From NCBI GenBank assembly GCA_905233625.1, contig CAJOFJ010000009.1, positions 14,492-78,491 on the forward strand: a stretch of DNA of 64,000 nucleotides. The letters are read 5' to 3'. Below the pieces are notes generated by a model, which was given only the letters and a program-made list of their open reading frames with translations, was not told the DNA's origin and did not search any database. The translations under genes and the position numbers were made by a program. Origin of the DNA: an uncultured Bacteroidales bacterium. GTDB lineage: Bacteria > Bacteroidota > Bacteroidia > Bacteroidales > WCHB1-69. This document shows, piece by piece, positions 8,893-16,004 of the stretch (its first letter is position 1; every line of letters starts with the position of its first letter).

Positions 8893-9834
8893 CTATTTTT
8901 TACAAGTTACAAAACGGGGATTTCCGTTGAGGTCTTTTATTTTTTCAATATCTTGATAATGAAATTGAAGCAGCATAGACTCCAATTCATCATGATAGTT
9001 TTCGTGGGTCTCAAAAAACAACAGGCCGTTGTCTGCCAATAGTTCTCGTCCCAAGCTGGCGATGCGTTCGTAGAACAGCAAGGGTTTTTCGTCGGGAACA
9101 AACAGTGCTTCTGCTGGTTCGTGCTCTGTTACATTCTTGTGTAGCAGTGCTTTATGCGATTGCGGAATATAGGGTGGGTTGCTGATGATGGCCTGATAGC
9201 CATGAGCCAGTTTTGTTGTGTCTTCCCGCAAAACATCATGCTGGATAAAATGCACCTGGGCATGATTGTCTTCCGCATTTTGCTGTGCCAGTTCGAGAAT
9301 TTCGCGGCTATAGTCGGTGGCCCATACTTCCGCTTGCGGCAGATGTTTGGCCAAAGTGATGGCGATGGCGCCGCTGCCTGTGCAGAAATCCAGAATGCGG
9401 AGGGGTGGGGTGCCATGGTGTTCAATTGCGTCTTTGCAGTTTAATGAAGAATCGTGGAGTCCCACTGCGTCTTTGCAGTCGGGAGCTGTGGTATGGACAG
9501 CAAGGTGTTGCAGCAGCCGTTCTACCAGTTCCTCCGTTTCGGGGCGTGGAATCAGTACCAGGGGGTTCACCTGCAGAGTCAAACCGTAAAACTCCGATTT
9601 GCCGACCACGTATTGCACCGGTTCACCGTTTTGCAACCGTTGCAAGTCGTTTTGCATCTCTTCCCACTCATCGTTTTGGAAGGTTTTGTCGGGGAAAATG
9701 GCAAATTCATGAGCGGGAATTTCCCATTTCATTTCAAAATAAAAACGCGTAATCGCCTCAGCCTCCCTATTATCATATAATATATGTAAAGAGGAGAGAT
9801 ATAAACCCCTGATGTTGCGCAGTGTGAAATTCAT
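8893..9834 (-). CDS. prmC: Peptide chain release factor N5-glutamine methyltransferase
   Basis: 313 aa with an SAM motif LDFCTGSGAIA and the catalytic NPPY (ISNPPYIP). It contains an extra ~34-aa insert with a 13-codon duplication. Confidence 0.8.
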   Translation of the reverse strand: MNFTLRNIRGLYLSSLHILYDNREAEAITRFYFEMKWEIPAHEFAIFPDKTFQNDEWEEMQNDLQRLQNGEPVQYVVGKSEFYGLTLQVNPLVLIPRPETEELVERLLQHLAVHTTAPDCKDAVGLHDSSLNCKDAIEHHGTPPLRILDFCTGSGAIAITLAKHLPQAEVWATDYSREILELAQQNAEDNHAQVHFIQHDVLREDTTKLAHGYQAIISNPPYIPQSHKALLHKNVTEHEPAEALFVPDEKPLLFYERIASLGRELLADNGLLFFETHENYHDELESMLLQFHYQDIEKIKDLNGNPRFVTCKK

Positions 9835-9852
9835 GGTGCAAAAATACGAAAT

Positions 9853-9912
9853 TAATTAGCAAATTAGTCAATTAGTAGCTATGAGCTATGAGCTGTGAGC
9901 TGTGAGCTATGG
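9853..9912 (+). repeat. Word repeats ATTAGCAA/ATTAGTCA followed by the tandem heptamer TGAGCT(A/G) x4-5
   Basis: aattagcaaattagtcaattagtagc is followed by tatgagctatgagctgtgagctgtgagctatg (period 7, one TGA per unit). Confidence 0.8.
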
Positions 9913-9932
9913 GTTTTTCTTTAAAATCCATC

Positions 9933-10082
9933 ATCCTGTAATCTTGTAATCAAAAAAACTCCCCTCGAACACGCAGTGTGAGACTCCCCTTTGGACGAAG
10001 TCCACTCCCCTTGAGCGCAGCGAGACTCCCCCTCGAATGCGCAGCATGAGACTCCCCTTGAGCACATAATGTGAAACTCCCC
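9933..10082 (-). repeat. Dispersed element: ATCCTGTAATCTTGTAATCA leader plus 5-6 tandem ACTCCCC-spaced mini-hairpin bricks
   Basis: Units ACTCCCC+13-18 nt each contain a small hairpin (acac-gca-gtgt, tggac-gaa-gtcca, atgc-gca-gcat, caca-taa-tgtg). The first ~70 nt are about 88 percent identical by eye to 59237-59305. Confidence 0.8.
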
Positions 10083-10124
10083 GAAAAAAAATCAACACCC
10101 CGTTGTTCGTATCAAAAAAAGTTG

Positions 10125-10132
10125 TATTTTTG
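10125..10132 (+). promoter_or_regulatory. -7 box TATTTTTG for the rpsF-rpsR-rplI operon
   Basis: TAnnTTTG lies 48 nt upstream of the rpsF ATG. Confidence 0.5.
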
Positions 10133-10179
10133 CAGCCCCAAAAATTAACCATTTTAATAAACCAAAAAAAGTAAAAATT

Positions 10180-10527
10180 ATGTTGAATCAGTACGAAACC
10201 GTTTTCATTATGACGCCCGTTTTATCTGATGATCAGATGAAGGAAACGGTAAAGAAATTTGAGAACATTCTCACCAGCAATGGTGCAGAATTAGTTCACG
10301 AAGAGGACTGGGGTCTCCGCAAATTCGAGTATCCCATCCAGAAAAAGTCCTCCGGATTTTACCACCTGTTCGAATTCAAGGCAGAAGGTACAGTGGTGAA
10401 AGAACTCGAACTGCAGTATCGTCGTGACGAGAGAGTCCTGAGATACTTGACCGTAGCCATGGACAAACACGCTATCGCATACAGCGAGAAGAGACGTAAC
10501 CTGAAAAAAGAACCCAAAGCAGAATAA
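10180..10527 (+). CDS. rpsF: 30S ribosomal protein S6
   Basis: 115 aa. [19 protein letters not shown]…[12 protein letters not shown] is a classic S6 sequence. Confidence 0.95.
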   Translation: MLNQYETVFIMTPVLSDDQMKETVKKFENILTSNGAELVHEEDWGLRKFEYPIQKKSSGFYHLFEFKAEGTVVKELELQYRRDERVLRYLTVAMDKHAIAYSEKRRNLKKEPKAE

Positions 10528-10541
10528 GGAGGTAAAGAATT

Positions 10542-10817
10542 ATGGCAACAAATAACGAAATCAAATATTTGACCCCGATTGCGGTTGATATCAAGAAGAA
10601 AAAATACTGCCGTTTCAAAAAGAGCGGTATCAAATACATTGACTATAAAGATGCTGAATTTTTGAAGAAATTCGTCAACGAGCAAGGTAGAATCCTGCCC
10701 CGCCGTTTGACCGGTACTTCACTGAAATTCCAGAAGAAAGTGGCCCAGGCCGTGAAGAGAGCAAGACACCTTGCCTTACTTCCTTTCGTAACTGATAACT
10801 TAAAGTCAAACAACTAA
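10542..10817 (+). CDS. rpsR: 30S ribosomal protein S18
   Basis: 91 aa. [17 protein letters not shown]…ILPRRLTG…[19 protein letters not shown]. Confidence 0.95.
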   Translation: MATNNEIKYLTPIAVDIKKKKYCRFKKSGIKYIDYKDAEFLKKFVNEQGRILPRRLTGTSLKFQKKVAQAVKRARHLALLPFVTDNLKSNN

Positions 10818-10831
10818 AAGGAGGAACAGCA

Positions 10832-11266
10832 ATGGAAATTATATTGAAACAAGACGTTCAGAATCTCGGCTAAAAAGACGGCTATGCCAGAAATTACCTC
10901 ATCCCCCAGGGATTGGCTATCCTGGCTACCGAACCCAATAAGAAAATGTTGGCCGAAACGCTGAAACAGCGTGCTTTCAAGGCTGAGAAAATCAGAAAAG
11001 AAGCTGAATTTCTGGCTGGCAAGATCGATGGCCTCAACGTTAAGATTTACACCAAGGCTTCAGAAAAAGGCACTATCTTCGGTTCTGTAACCAATATCGC
11101 AGTGGCTCAGGCCCTGAAAGAACAGCACGATATTGACATCGACCGCAAGAAAATCATCATCAAGGAAGACCATATCAAGGAATTGGGCAACTACACCGCT
11201 GTGGTGAACTTGCACAAGGACTTCAACAAGGTGACCTTGAATCTTGAAGTTTTGGCAGAAGAGTAA
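10832..11266 (+). pseudogene. rplI: 50S ribosomal protein L9 interrupted by an in-frame TAA (10871-10873) and lacking ~7 N-domain codons; the remaining ORF is 10913..11266
   Basis: The ATG at 10832 gives [34 protein letters not shown], in frame with the track ORF, which starts at TTG 10913. Typical L9 has ~10 residues between NLG and GYARNF; here there are 3, one of them a stop. Confidence 0.7.
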
Positions 11267-11282
11267 TCTTTTGTAGTTTTGC

Positions 11283-11318
11283 AAAAAAAAAGGATGCCAA
11301 TCGGCATCCTTTTTTTTT
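11283..11318. terminator. Bidirectional rho-independent terminator between convergent rplI and the acyl-CoA synthetase gene
   Basis: A9-GGATGCC-aatc-GGCATCC-T9. Confidence 0.85.
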
Positions 11319-11322
11319 ATCC

Positions 11323-13395
11323 TTATTTTTCCAGTCGGATTCTGGCATCCACGGCGGTGACATAACGTGGGTTGCCCAAGAGCGGGTTGAGATCCATCTC
11401 GGCAATTTCCGGAGCGGCTAGCACCAATGCGCTGATACGGGCAATCTGGTCAGCATACAGGTCGATGTTGACGGGTTCCTGACCGCGAACGCCTTGCAGG
11501 ATTTTGTACCCGCGTAGCTTGGTGAGCATCACTTTGGCCTCATCAGCGGTGATAGGTGCCAATGCACTCTGTACGTCTTTAAGCACTTCGATAAAGATAC
11601 CTCCCAGGCCGAAGAAGATCTGATGTCCGAACTTGGCGTCCTTGATAGCGCCGATATATACATCAGTACCGTCGAGCATCGGGTACATTTCCACGGCGTA
11701 GGTATCTTTAATGGCCATCAGACGGTCGAACTCCTTGCTGACAGTATCCAAGTCCTTCACACCGAGGGTAACGCCGCCTACATCGGATTTGTGCAGTGGA
11801 CCGACCACCTTCATCACGAGAGGCACATCCTTGCTGCAGCCCACCTCTTTGGCGAAGGCCAGGGCATCCTCTTTCTTGGAAACTTCAATAGATTTTTTAC
11901 GGCTGATGCCGGCGGCATCCAGCAGTTCGTTGTAGTCGGCGATCTCCATGTATCCGTCCTTGCAGCGTTCAACAGTGGCGCGGATGCGGGCCACGTCAAT
12001 CTGCGGCAACTCCACATGCTCTGGCTGTGGTTTTGGGGTGTTATACACTTTGCAGATGGCATTGCCCAGTACACACTCTTCAGGGAAGTTGATGCGGCCT
12101 TTGGCGATGAAGTCGTTGATCTCGTCCTTCACGTTGATGATGGATGGCAGCACGGGGAAGATGGGCTTCTTGCAGGTTTTCATCTTCTCGTCGAGCAGGT
12201 CATAAACCTCCTTGTTGCTGAACAATCCAGGTGAGCCGAAGATGACCACGGAGAAATCGATTTCATCGTATTCGTTCTCAACGGTGTCGATGATATAGCC
12301 TAGCTGTTCGGCGGTGCCGGTAGCGAGGAAGTCGATGGGGTTACCCACTGAGGAGCCTCCGAATAGCTTGGCGAGCAGGGCGGGGCTGGCGGGGTGGTCC
12401 TTCAAAGAGGGCACTTCCATACCGCCGTTGCTGAGCACGTCGGTAAGCATCACCGCGGGACCACCGGCGTGGGTAATCACAGCGCAACGCTTGCCCTTGA
12501 TTTCGGGGTGCATGAACACGCCACACACGGTGGTCAGCTCCTGGCGATTGTGGCAGCGCACAATGCCCGCTTTCTGGAACAGGGCATCGACAGCGGCATC
12601 GTTGGTAGCCAAAGCACCAGTGTGTGAAGAAGCGGCACGTGAGCCGGCAGCACTGCCACCGCTCTTGATGGCGGCGATATGGCAACCCTTGTTGATGAGG
12701 CTTCGGCTGTGCTTGAGCAGACGCTGCGGGTCGCCAATCTTTTCCATATAAAGCATGATGACGTGTGAGGACTTTTCAGGATCGAAGGTCTCGTCGAGGT
12801 GCTCTAGCACGTCTTCGATGCCTAACTGGGCGCTGTTGCCCACTGCCCACACACTATTGAACTTTAAGCCGTTGCTCATGCCGTATTCCTTGATGAACAC
12901 GGCCGTGGCACCAGAACCCGTGATGAAATCGACACCCTTGGGGTCGAGTTTTGGGATCGGCGTGTCGAAACAGCCTGCGTAGTTCACGTTGAGGAAGCCG
13001 GTGCAGTTAGGACCGATGAGAGAGCCGCCCACGCTGTTGATGGTATCCACAATGTGCTTCTCGATTTCAGCACCTTCGTGGCTTTCTTCCGAGAAGCCAG
13101 CGCTGACGATGATGAAGCCTCGGCAGCCTTTTTCCTTGGCCAGCACATCGACGGTCTGGGCACAGAATTTGGCGGCGATACAGAGGATGGCGCAATCTAC
13201 TTGCGGCAGGTCATCGACTTTGGCATAGCACTTCACGCCTTGTACTTCGGTCTCTTTGGGGTTGACGGCGTAAATCTGGCCTTTGAAGGGGCTCTCCAAG
13301 AGATTCTTCAGTGATTTTCCGCCGGGTTTGTGAATGTCACTTGACGCACCGCACACCACGATGCTTTGAGGGTTTAAGAGTTTTGGGTTGATCAT
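11323..13395 (-). CDS. Acetate--CoA ligase family protein (ADP-forming acyl-CoA synthetase; fused CoA-binding and ATP-grasp domains)
   Basis: 690 aa. N-terminal CoA-binding fold (PQSIVVCGASSD..KPGG), succinyl-CoA-synthetase-like middle region and an ATP-grasp C-terminus. Confidence 0.8.
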   Translation of the reverse strand: MINPKLLNPQSIVVCGASSDIHKPGGKSLKNLLESPFKGQIYAVNPKETEVQGVKCYAKVDDLPQVDCAILCIAAKFCAQTVDVLAKEKGCRGFIIVSAGFSEESHEGAEIEKHIVDTINSVGGSLIGPNCTGFLNVNYAGCFDTPIPKLDPKGVDFITGSGATAVFIKEYGMSNGLKFNSVWAVGNSAQLGIEDVLEHLDETFDPEKSSHVIMLYMEKIGDPQRLLKHSRSLINKGCHIAAIKSGGSAAGSRAASSHTGALATNDAAVDALFQKAGIVRCHNRQELTTVCGVFMHPEIKGKRCAVITHAGGPAVMLTDVLSNGGMEVPSLKDHPASPALLAKLFGGSSVGNPIDFLATGTAEQLGYIIDTVENEYDEIDFSVVIFGSPGLFSNKEVYDLLDEKMKTCKKPIFPVLPSIINVKDEINDFIAKGRINFPEECVLGNAICKVYNTPKPQPEHVELPQIDVARIRATVERCKDGYMEIADYNELLDAAGISRKKSIEVSKKEDALAFAKEVGCSKDVPLVMKVVGPLHKSDVGGVTLGVKDLDTVSKEFDRLMAIKDTYAVEMYPMLDGTDVYIGAIKDAKFGHQIFFGLGGIFIEVLKDVQSALAPITADEAKVMLTKLRGYKILQGVRGQEPVNIDLYADQIARISALVLAAPEIAEMDLNPLLGNPRYVTAVDARIRLEK

Positions 13396-13424
13396 TTTTT
13401 TATTGTTGATTTGTTTTTATTGTT

Positions 13425-13610
13425 GATTCGTTTATACGTTGAGTCGCTCACTTTGTTCGCTCGAGGAGATACTCGCTACGCGAGCTCGGGGAGTCATTCG
13501 CTATGCTCATTCGGGGAGACGCTCACTTTGTTCGCTCGGTTATACGATATCGTTTAACCGTCTCCACGTCTAACCGAATGCACGCAGTGCATGTCTCCAC
13601 GTCTTCCCGT
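13425..13610. repeat. Second copy of the palindromic GGGGAGNC brick element
   Basis: Four left units (gagtcgctcactttgttcgctc, gaggagatactcgctacgcgagctc, ggggagtcattcgctatgctcattc, ggggagacgctcactttgttcgctc), the core ggttatacgatatcgt, and a right arm gaatgcacgcagtgcatgtctcc identical to 6398-6420. It fills the whole gap between two co-directional genes. Confidence 0.8.
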
Positions 13611-15335
13611 TTAAAGTTTCATCTCCTCAATAATCCCCTTGATTTTCGCCTGTAATGCGGCATTGGTCTCGTTGTATTGGGCTACATCGGGAAGCTCGCC
13701 TACCACACCGAAATAGAACTTGATTTTGGGTTCGGTGCCGGAGGGACGGACGGTGATTTTGGAGCCGTCGGCCGTGAAGAACTGCAGCACATTGGACTTG
13801 GGCAGAGCAATGGGTTCCTGCGTGCCTTTGTCCAAGTGATAGGCGATGCTGGCTTGGATGTCGTTCATCAGTACTACCTTCTGTCCGCCGATTTCTTTCG
13901 GAGGATTGTTGCGGTAGTTGACCATCATGGCGGCGATTTCCTCGGCACCGCTCTTGCCTTGTTTGGTCAGCGAGAGCAGGTCTTCTTTGTAGAAGCCATA
14001 TTCATGGTAGATTTCAAGCAGCATTTGGTAAAGGCTCTTGCCTTGGTTGGCGTAGAAAGCGGTCATTTCGGCGATGAGGCAGCAGGCGATAACCGCGTCT
14101 TTGTCTCTTACAAAGTCACCAGCTAAGTAGCCATAGCTTTCCTCGCCGCCTCCGATGAAGGTCATCTGGCCTTCGTGCTCTTTGATTTTCTCCGCAATGT
14201 ATTTGAAACCTGTCAATACATCGAAGCAAGGAACCTGATAGGCATCGGCCATACGCTTGATCAATTCGGTGGTGACGATGGTCTTTACGACAAACTGCTT
14301 GCCGTTGATTTTGTTGAGGGCCTTCCACTGTGATAGCAGATAGTGTACCAGCAGTGAGCCGGTCATGTTGCCGTTGAGCAGGATCATCTCGCCTTTGGAG
14401 TTGCGCACGGCGATACCTACACGGTCGGCATCGGGGTCAGTGGCCAGCACCAGGTCGGCTTTTTCGGCCTCTGCCTGGGCGATAGCCATCACGAGAGCGC
14501 TTTTCTCCTCGGGGTTGGGTGACTTCACGGTGGGGAAGTTACCGTCGCTGACAGCCTGCTCCTTGACGATGCTGATGTTTTCGAAACCGTACATCTTCAG
14601 CGCTTTGGGCACCATGGTGATACCGGTGCCGTGCAGCGGGGTGTAGATGATTTTCAGCTGTTTCTGGGCGGCGATGGCCTCGGGGTGCAGCGACAGTCCG
14701 TGAACCAGCTTCAGGTAAGCCTCGTCCAAGTTGCTGTCAATGATGTGCACTTTATCGGGATTGCGTTGCCATTTGGTGTCGTGCAAGGATTTGATTTTGT
14801 TGACCTCTGCGATGACATTCTTGTCATGGGGGGGCACCAGTTGTCCACCGTCATTCCAATATACTTTGTAGCCGTTGTATTCTTTCGGGTTGTGCGAGGC
14901 AGTCACCATCACACCCGATTGGCAGTGCAAGTAACGCACAGCGAAGGACAGCACCGGGGTAGGGCGCAGTTCTGGAAACAAGTGGCAGGTGATGCCATTG
15001 GCGGAAAGCACGTCAGCGGTGATGTCGGCGAAGTAGGCACTGTTGTTGCGTGAGTCGAAGGCGATGGCCACGCTGATTTCCTGGTTGGGGAACTGTTGTT
15101 TCAGATAGTTGGCCAGTCCCTGGGTGGCGGCGCCCACCGTGTATTTATTCATGCGGTTGGTACCTACGCCCATGATGCCGCGCAGACCACCTGTGCCGAA
15201 TTCCAGGTCACGGTAAAAGGCCTCGGTCAGCTCGTCGGGATTGTTTTGCTGGTATTCCCTGATTTTCGCTTTGGTATCGGCATCGTAGTCGTCGTTCAGC
15301 CACAGCGCCACGCGTTCTTCAATATATTTATCCAT
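13611..15335 (-). CDS. Phospho-sugar mutase (phosphoglucomutase/phosphomannomutase family)
   Basis: 574 aa with the active-site motif TASHNPKEYNGYKV. Confidence 0.9.
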   Translation of the reverse strand: MDKYIEERVALWLNDDYDADTKAKIREYQQNNPDELTEAFYRDLEFGTGGLRGIMGVGTNRMNKYTVGAATQGLANYLKQQFPNQEISVAIAFDSRNNSAYFADITADVLSANGITCHLFPELRPTPVLSFAVRYLHCQSGVMVTASHNPKEYNGYKVYWNDGGQLVPPHDKNVIAEVNKIKSLHDTKWQRNPDKVHIIDSNLDEAYLKLVHGLSLHPEAIAAQKQLKIIYTPLHGTGITMVPKALKMYGFENISIVKEQAVSDGNFPTVKSPNPEEKSALVMAIAQAEAEKADLVLATDPDADRVGIAVRNSKGEMILLNGNMTGSLLVHYLLSQWKALNKINGKQFVVKTIVTTELIKRMADAYQVPCFDVLTGFKYIAEKIKEHEGQMTFIGGGEESYGYLAGDFVRDKDAVIACCLIAEMTAFYANQGKSLYQMLLEIYHEYGFYKEDLLSLTKQGKSGAEEIAAMMVNYRNNPPKEIGGQKVVLMNDIQASIAYHLDKGTQEPIALPKSNVLQFFTADGSKITVRPSGTEPKIKFYFGVVGELPDVAQYNETNAALQAKIKGIIEEMKL

Positions 15336-15364
15336 AGTATATCAGATTAAAAATTATTAATCTG

Positions 15365-15372
15365 CAAACTTA
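15365..15372 (-). promoter_or_regulatory. -7 box TAAGTTTG (minus strand) for the phospho-sugar mutase gene
   Basis: The box is part of a 27-nt block, gcaaacttacaaaaagttttcggaatg, that is repeated at 20101-20127. Confidence 0.5.
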
Positions 15373-15408
15373 CAAAAAGTTTTCGGAATGTCAAAAGATA
15401 TTTTTTTG

Positions 15409-15416
15409 TATGTTTG
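15409..15416 (+). promoter_or_regulatory. -7 box TATGTTTG for the 15459 gene
   Basis: TAnnTTTG lies 43 nt upstream of the ATG. Confidence 0.45.
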
Positions 15417-15458
15417 CAAAAATTATCAACCCTTATTATTAATTAAATTTGTAAGATT

Positions 15459-15902
15459 ATGGAAGAAAAAGATTTACAACTCTTGGAAGAGTCAAAATTG
15501 TATGTGTCAAGCATGGGCAAATGGATGAAATTCTTTGCCGTGTTGATGACCATAGCTCTTGTGTTCATGGCATTAGGCTGCATAGGCATCGTGTCATTCG
15601 GTTCGCATATTCCAATGGAAGTATTTGGAGGGCTAAGTTTGAAATGGTTCGGTATTTTATACCTGATTTTGATAATCCTGTATATTTTTCCAACCCTTTA
15701 TTTGTATCGTTCCTCTGCCGCTGCAAGATTGGCGGTAGAATGCGATGACAATGTTCAAATGGTTGAATTCCTGAGGAATAACAAATCCTTCTGGAAATTC
15801 TGCGGAATATTGGCCATCGTGATGATAGTGCTGTATGTCGTGTTTGTCATTTGCATGATGATATTTGCGATGACCATGGGATCAAATATGCCGTTGTACT
15901 AA
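15459..15902 (+). CDS. Small integral membrane protein (three to four TM helices; family uncertain)
   Basis: 147 aa with hydrophobic segments FFAVLMTIALVFMALGCIGIV, WFGILYLILIILYIFPTLYLY and FCGILAIVMIVLYVVFVICMMIF. Confidence 0.6.
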   Translation: MEEKDLQLLEESKLYVSSMGKWMKFFAVLMTIALVFMALGCIGIVSFGSHIPMEVFGGLSLKWFGILYLILIILYIFPTLYLYRSSAAARLAVECDDNVQMVEFLRNNKSFWKFCGILAIVMIVLYVVFVICMMIFAMTMGSNMPLY

Positions 15903-15911
15903 ATTTTGCTA

Positions 15912-15965
15912 ATTAATCACGCTTCTTGTTTGCTGATATTCAGTGCCCGAAGGGGCGGGGTAGTG
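15912..15965 (+). repeat. 32-bp copy of the ftsW 3' end (15912-15943), fused to the 22-bp inverted-repeat arm GTGCCCGAAGGGGCGGGGTAGTG (15943-15965)
   Basis: attaatCacgcttcTtgtttgctgatattcag versus 20347-20378 attaatTacgcttcCtgtttgctgatattcag (30 of 32 identical). The arm is the inverse of 20185-20206. Confidence 0.85.
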
Positions 15966-15966
15966 G

Positions 15967-15992
15967 TAGAGACGTTTCATGAAACGTCTCTA
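15967..15992. terminator. Perfect 26-nt palindrome between convergent genes (hairpin terminator candidate)
   Basis: tagagacgtttc-at-gaaacgtctcta. Confidence 0.55.
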
Positions 15993-16004
15993 CTGGTTTA
16001 TCCT

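Noticed and set aside
9853-10082. Possible CRISPR array, considered because of regularly spaced repeats. Other repeat loci were considered too (6262-6438, 13425-13610, 34997-35077, 59171-59342).
   Set aside because: Repeat units are 7-25 nt and the spacers are 13-18 nt and themselves related hairpins. There are no unique 30-40-nt spacers and no cas genes in the window.
10871-10873. The TAA inside rplI as evidence for an alternative genetic code.
   Set aside because: TAA terminates rpsF, rpsR and many other genes here at the expected lengths, so a reassigned stop codon is not supported.
11623-13314. Plus-strand ORFs antisense to the acyl-CoA synthetase gene. The same kind of ORF occurs at 22165..23007 (antisense to mraY), 25364..26518 (ftsI), 39897..40871 (nadB), 54724..55677 (DUF1015) and 58382..59080 (moxR).
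   Set aside because: These are typical antisense shadows of well-supported genes. Their products are Gly/Val/Asp/His-rich with no motifs.
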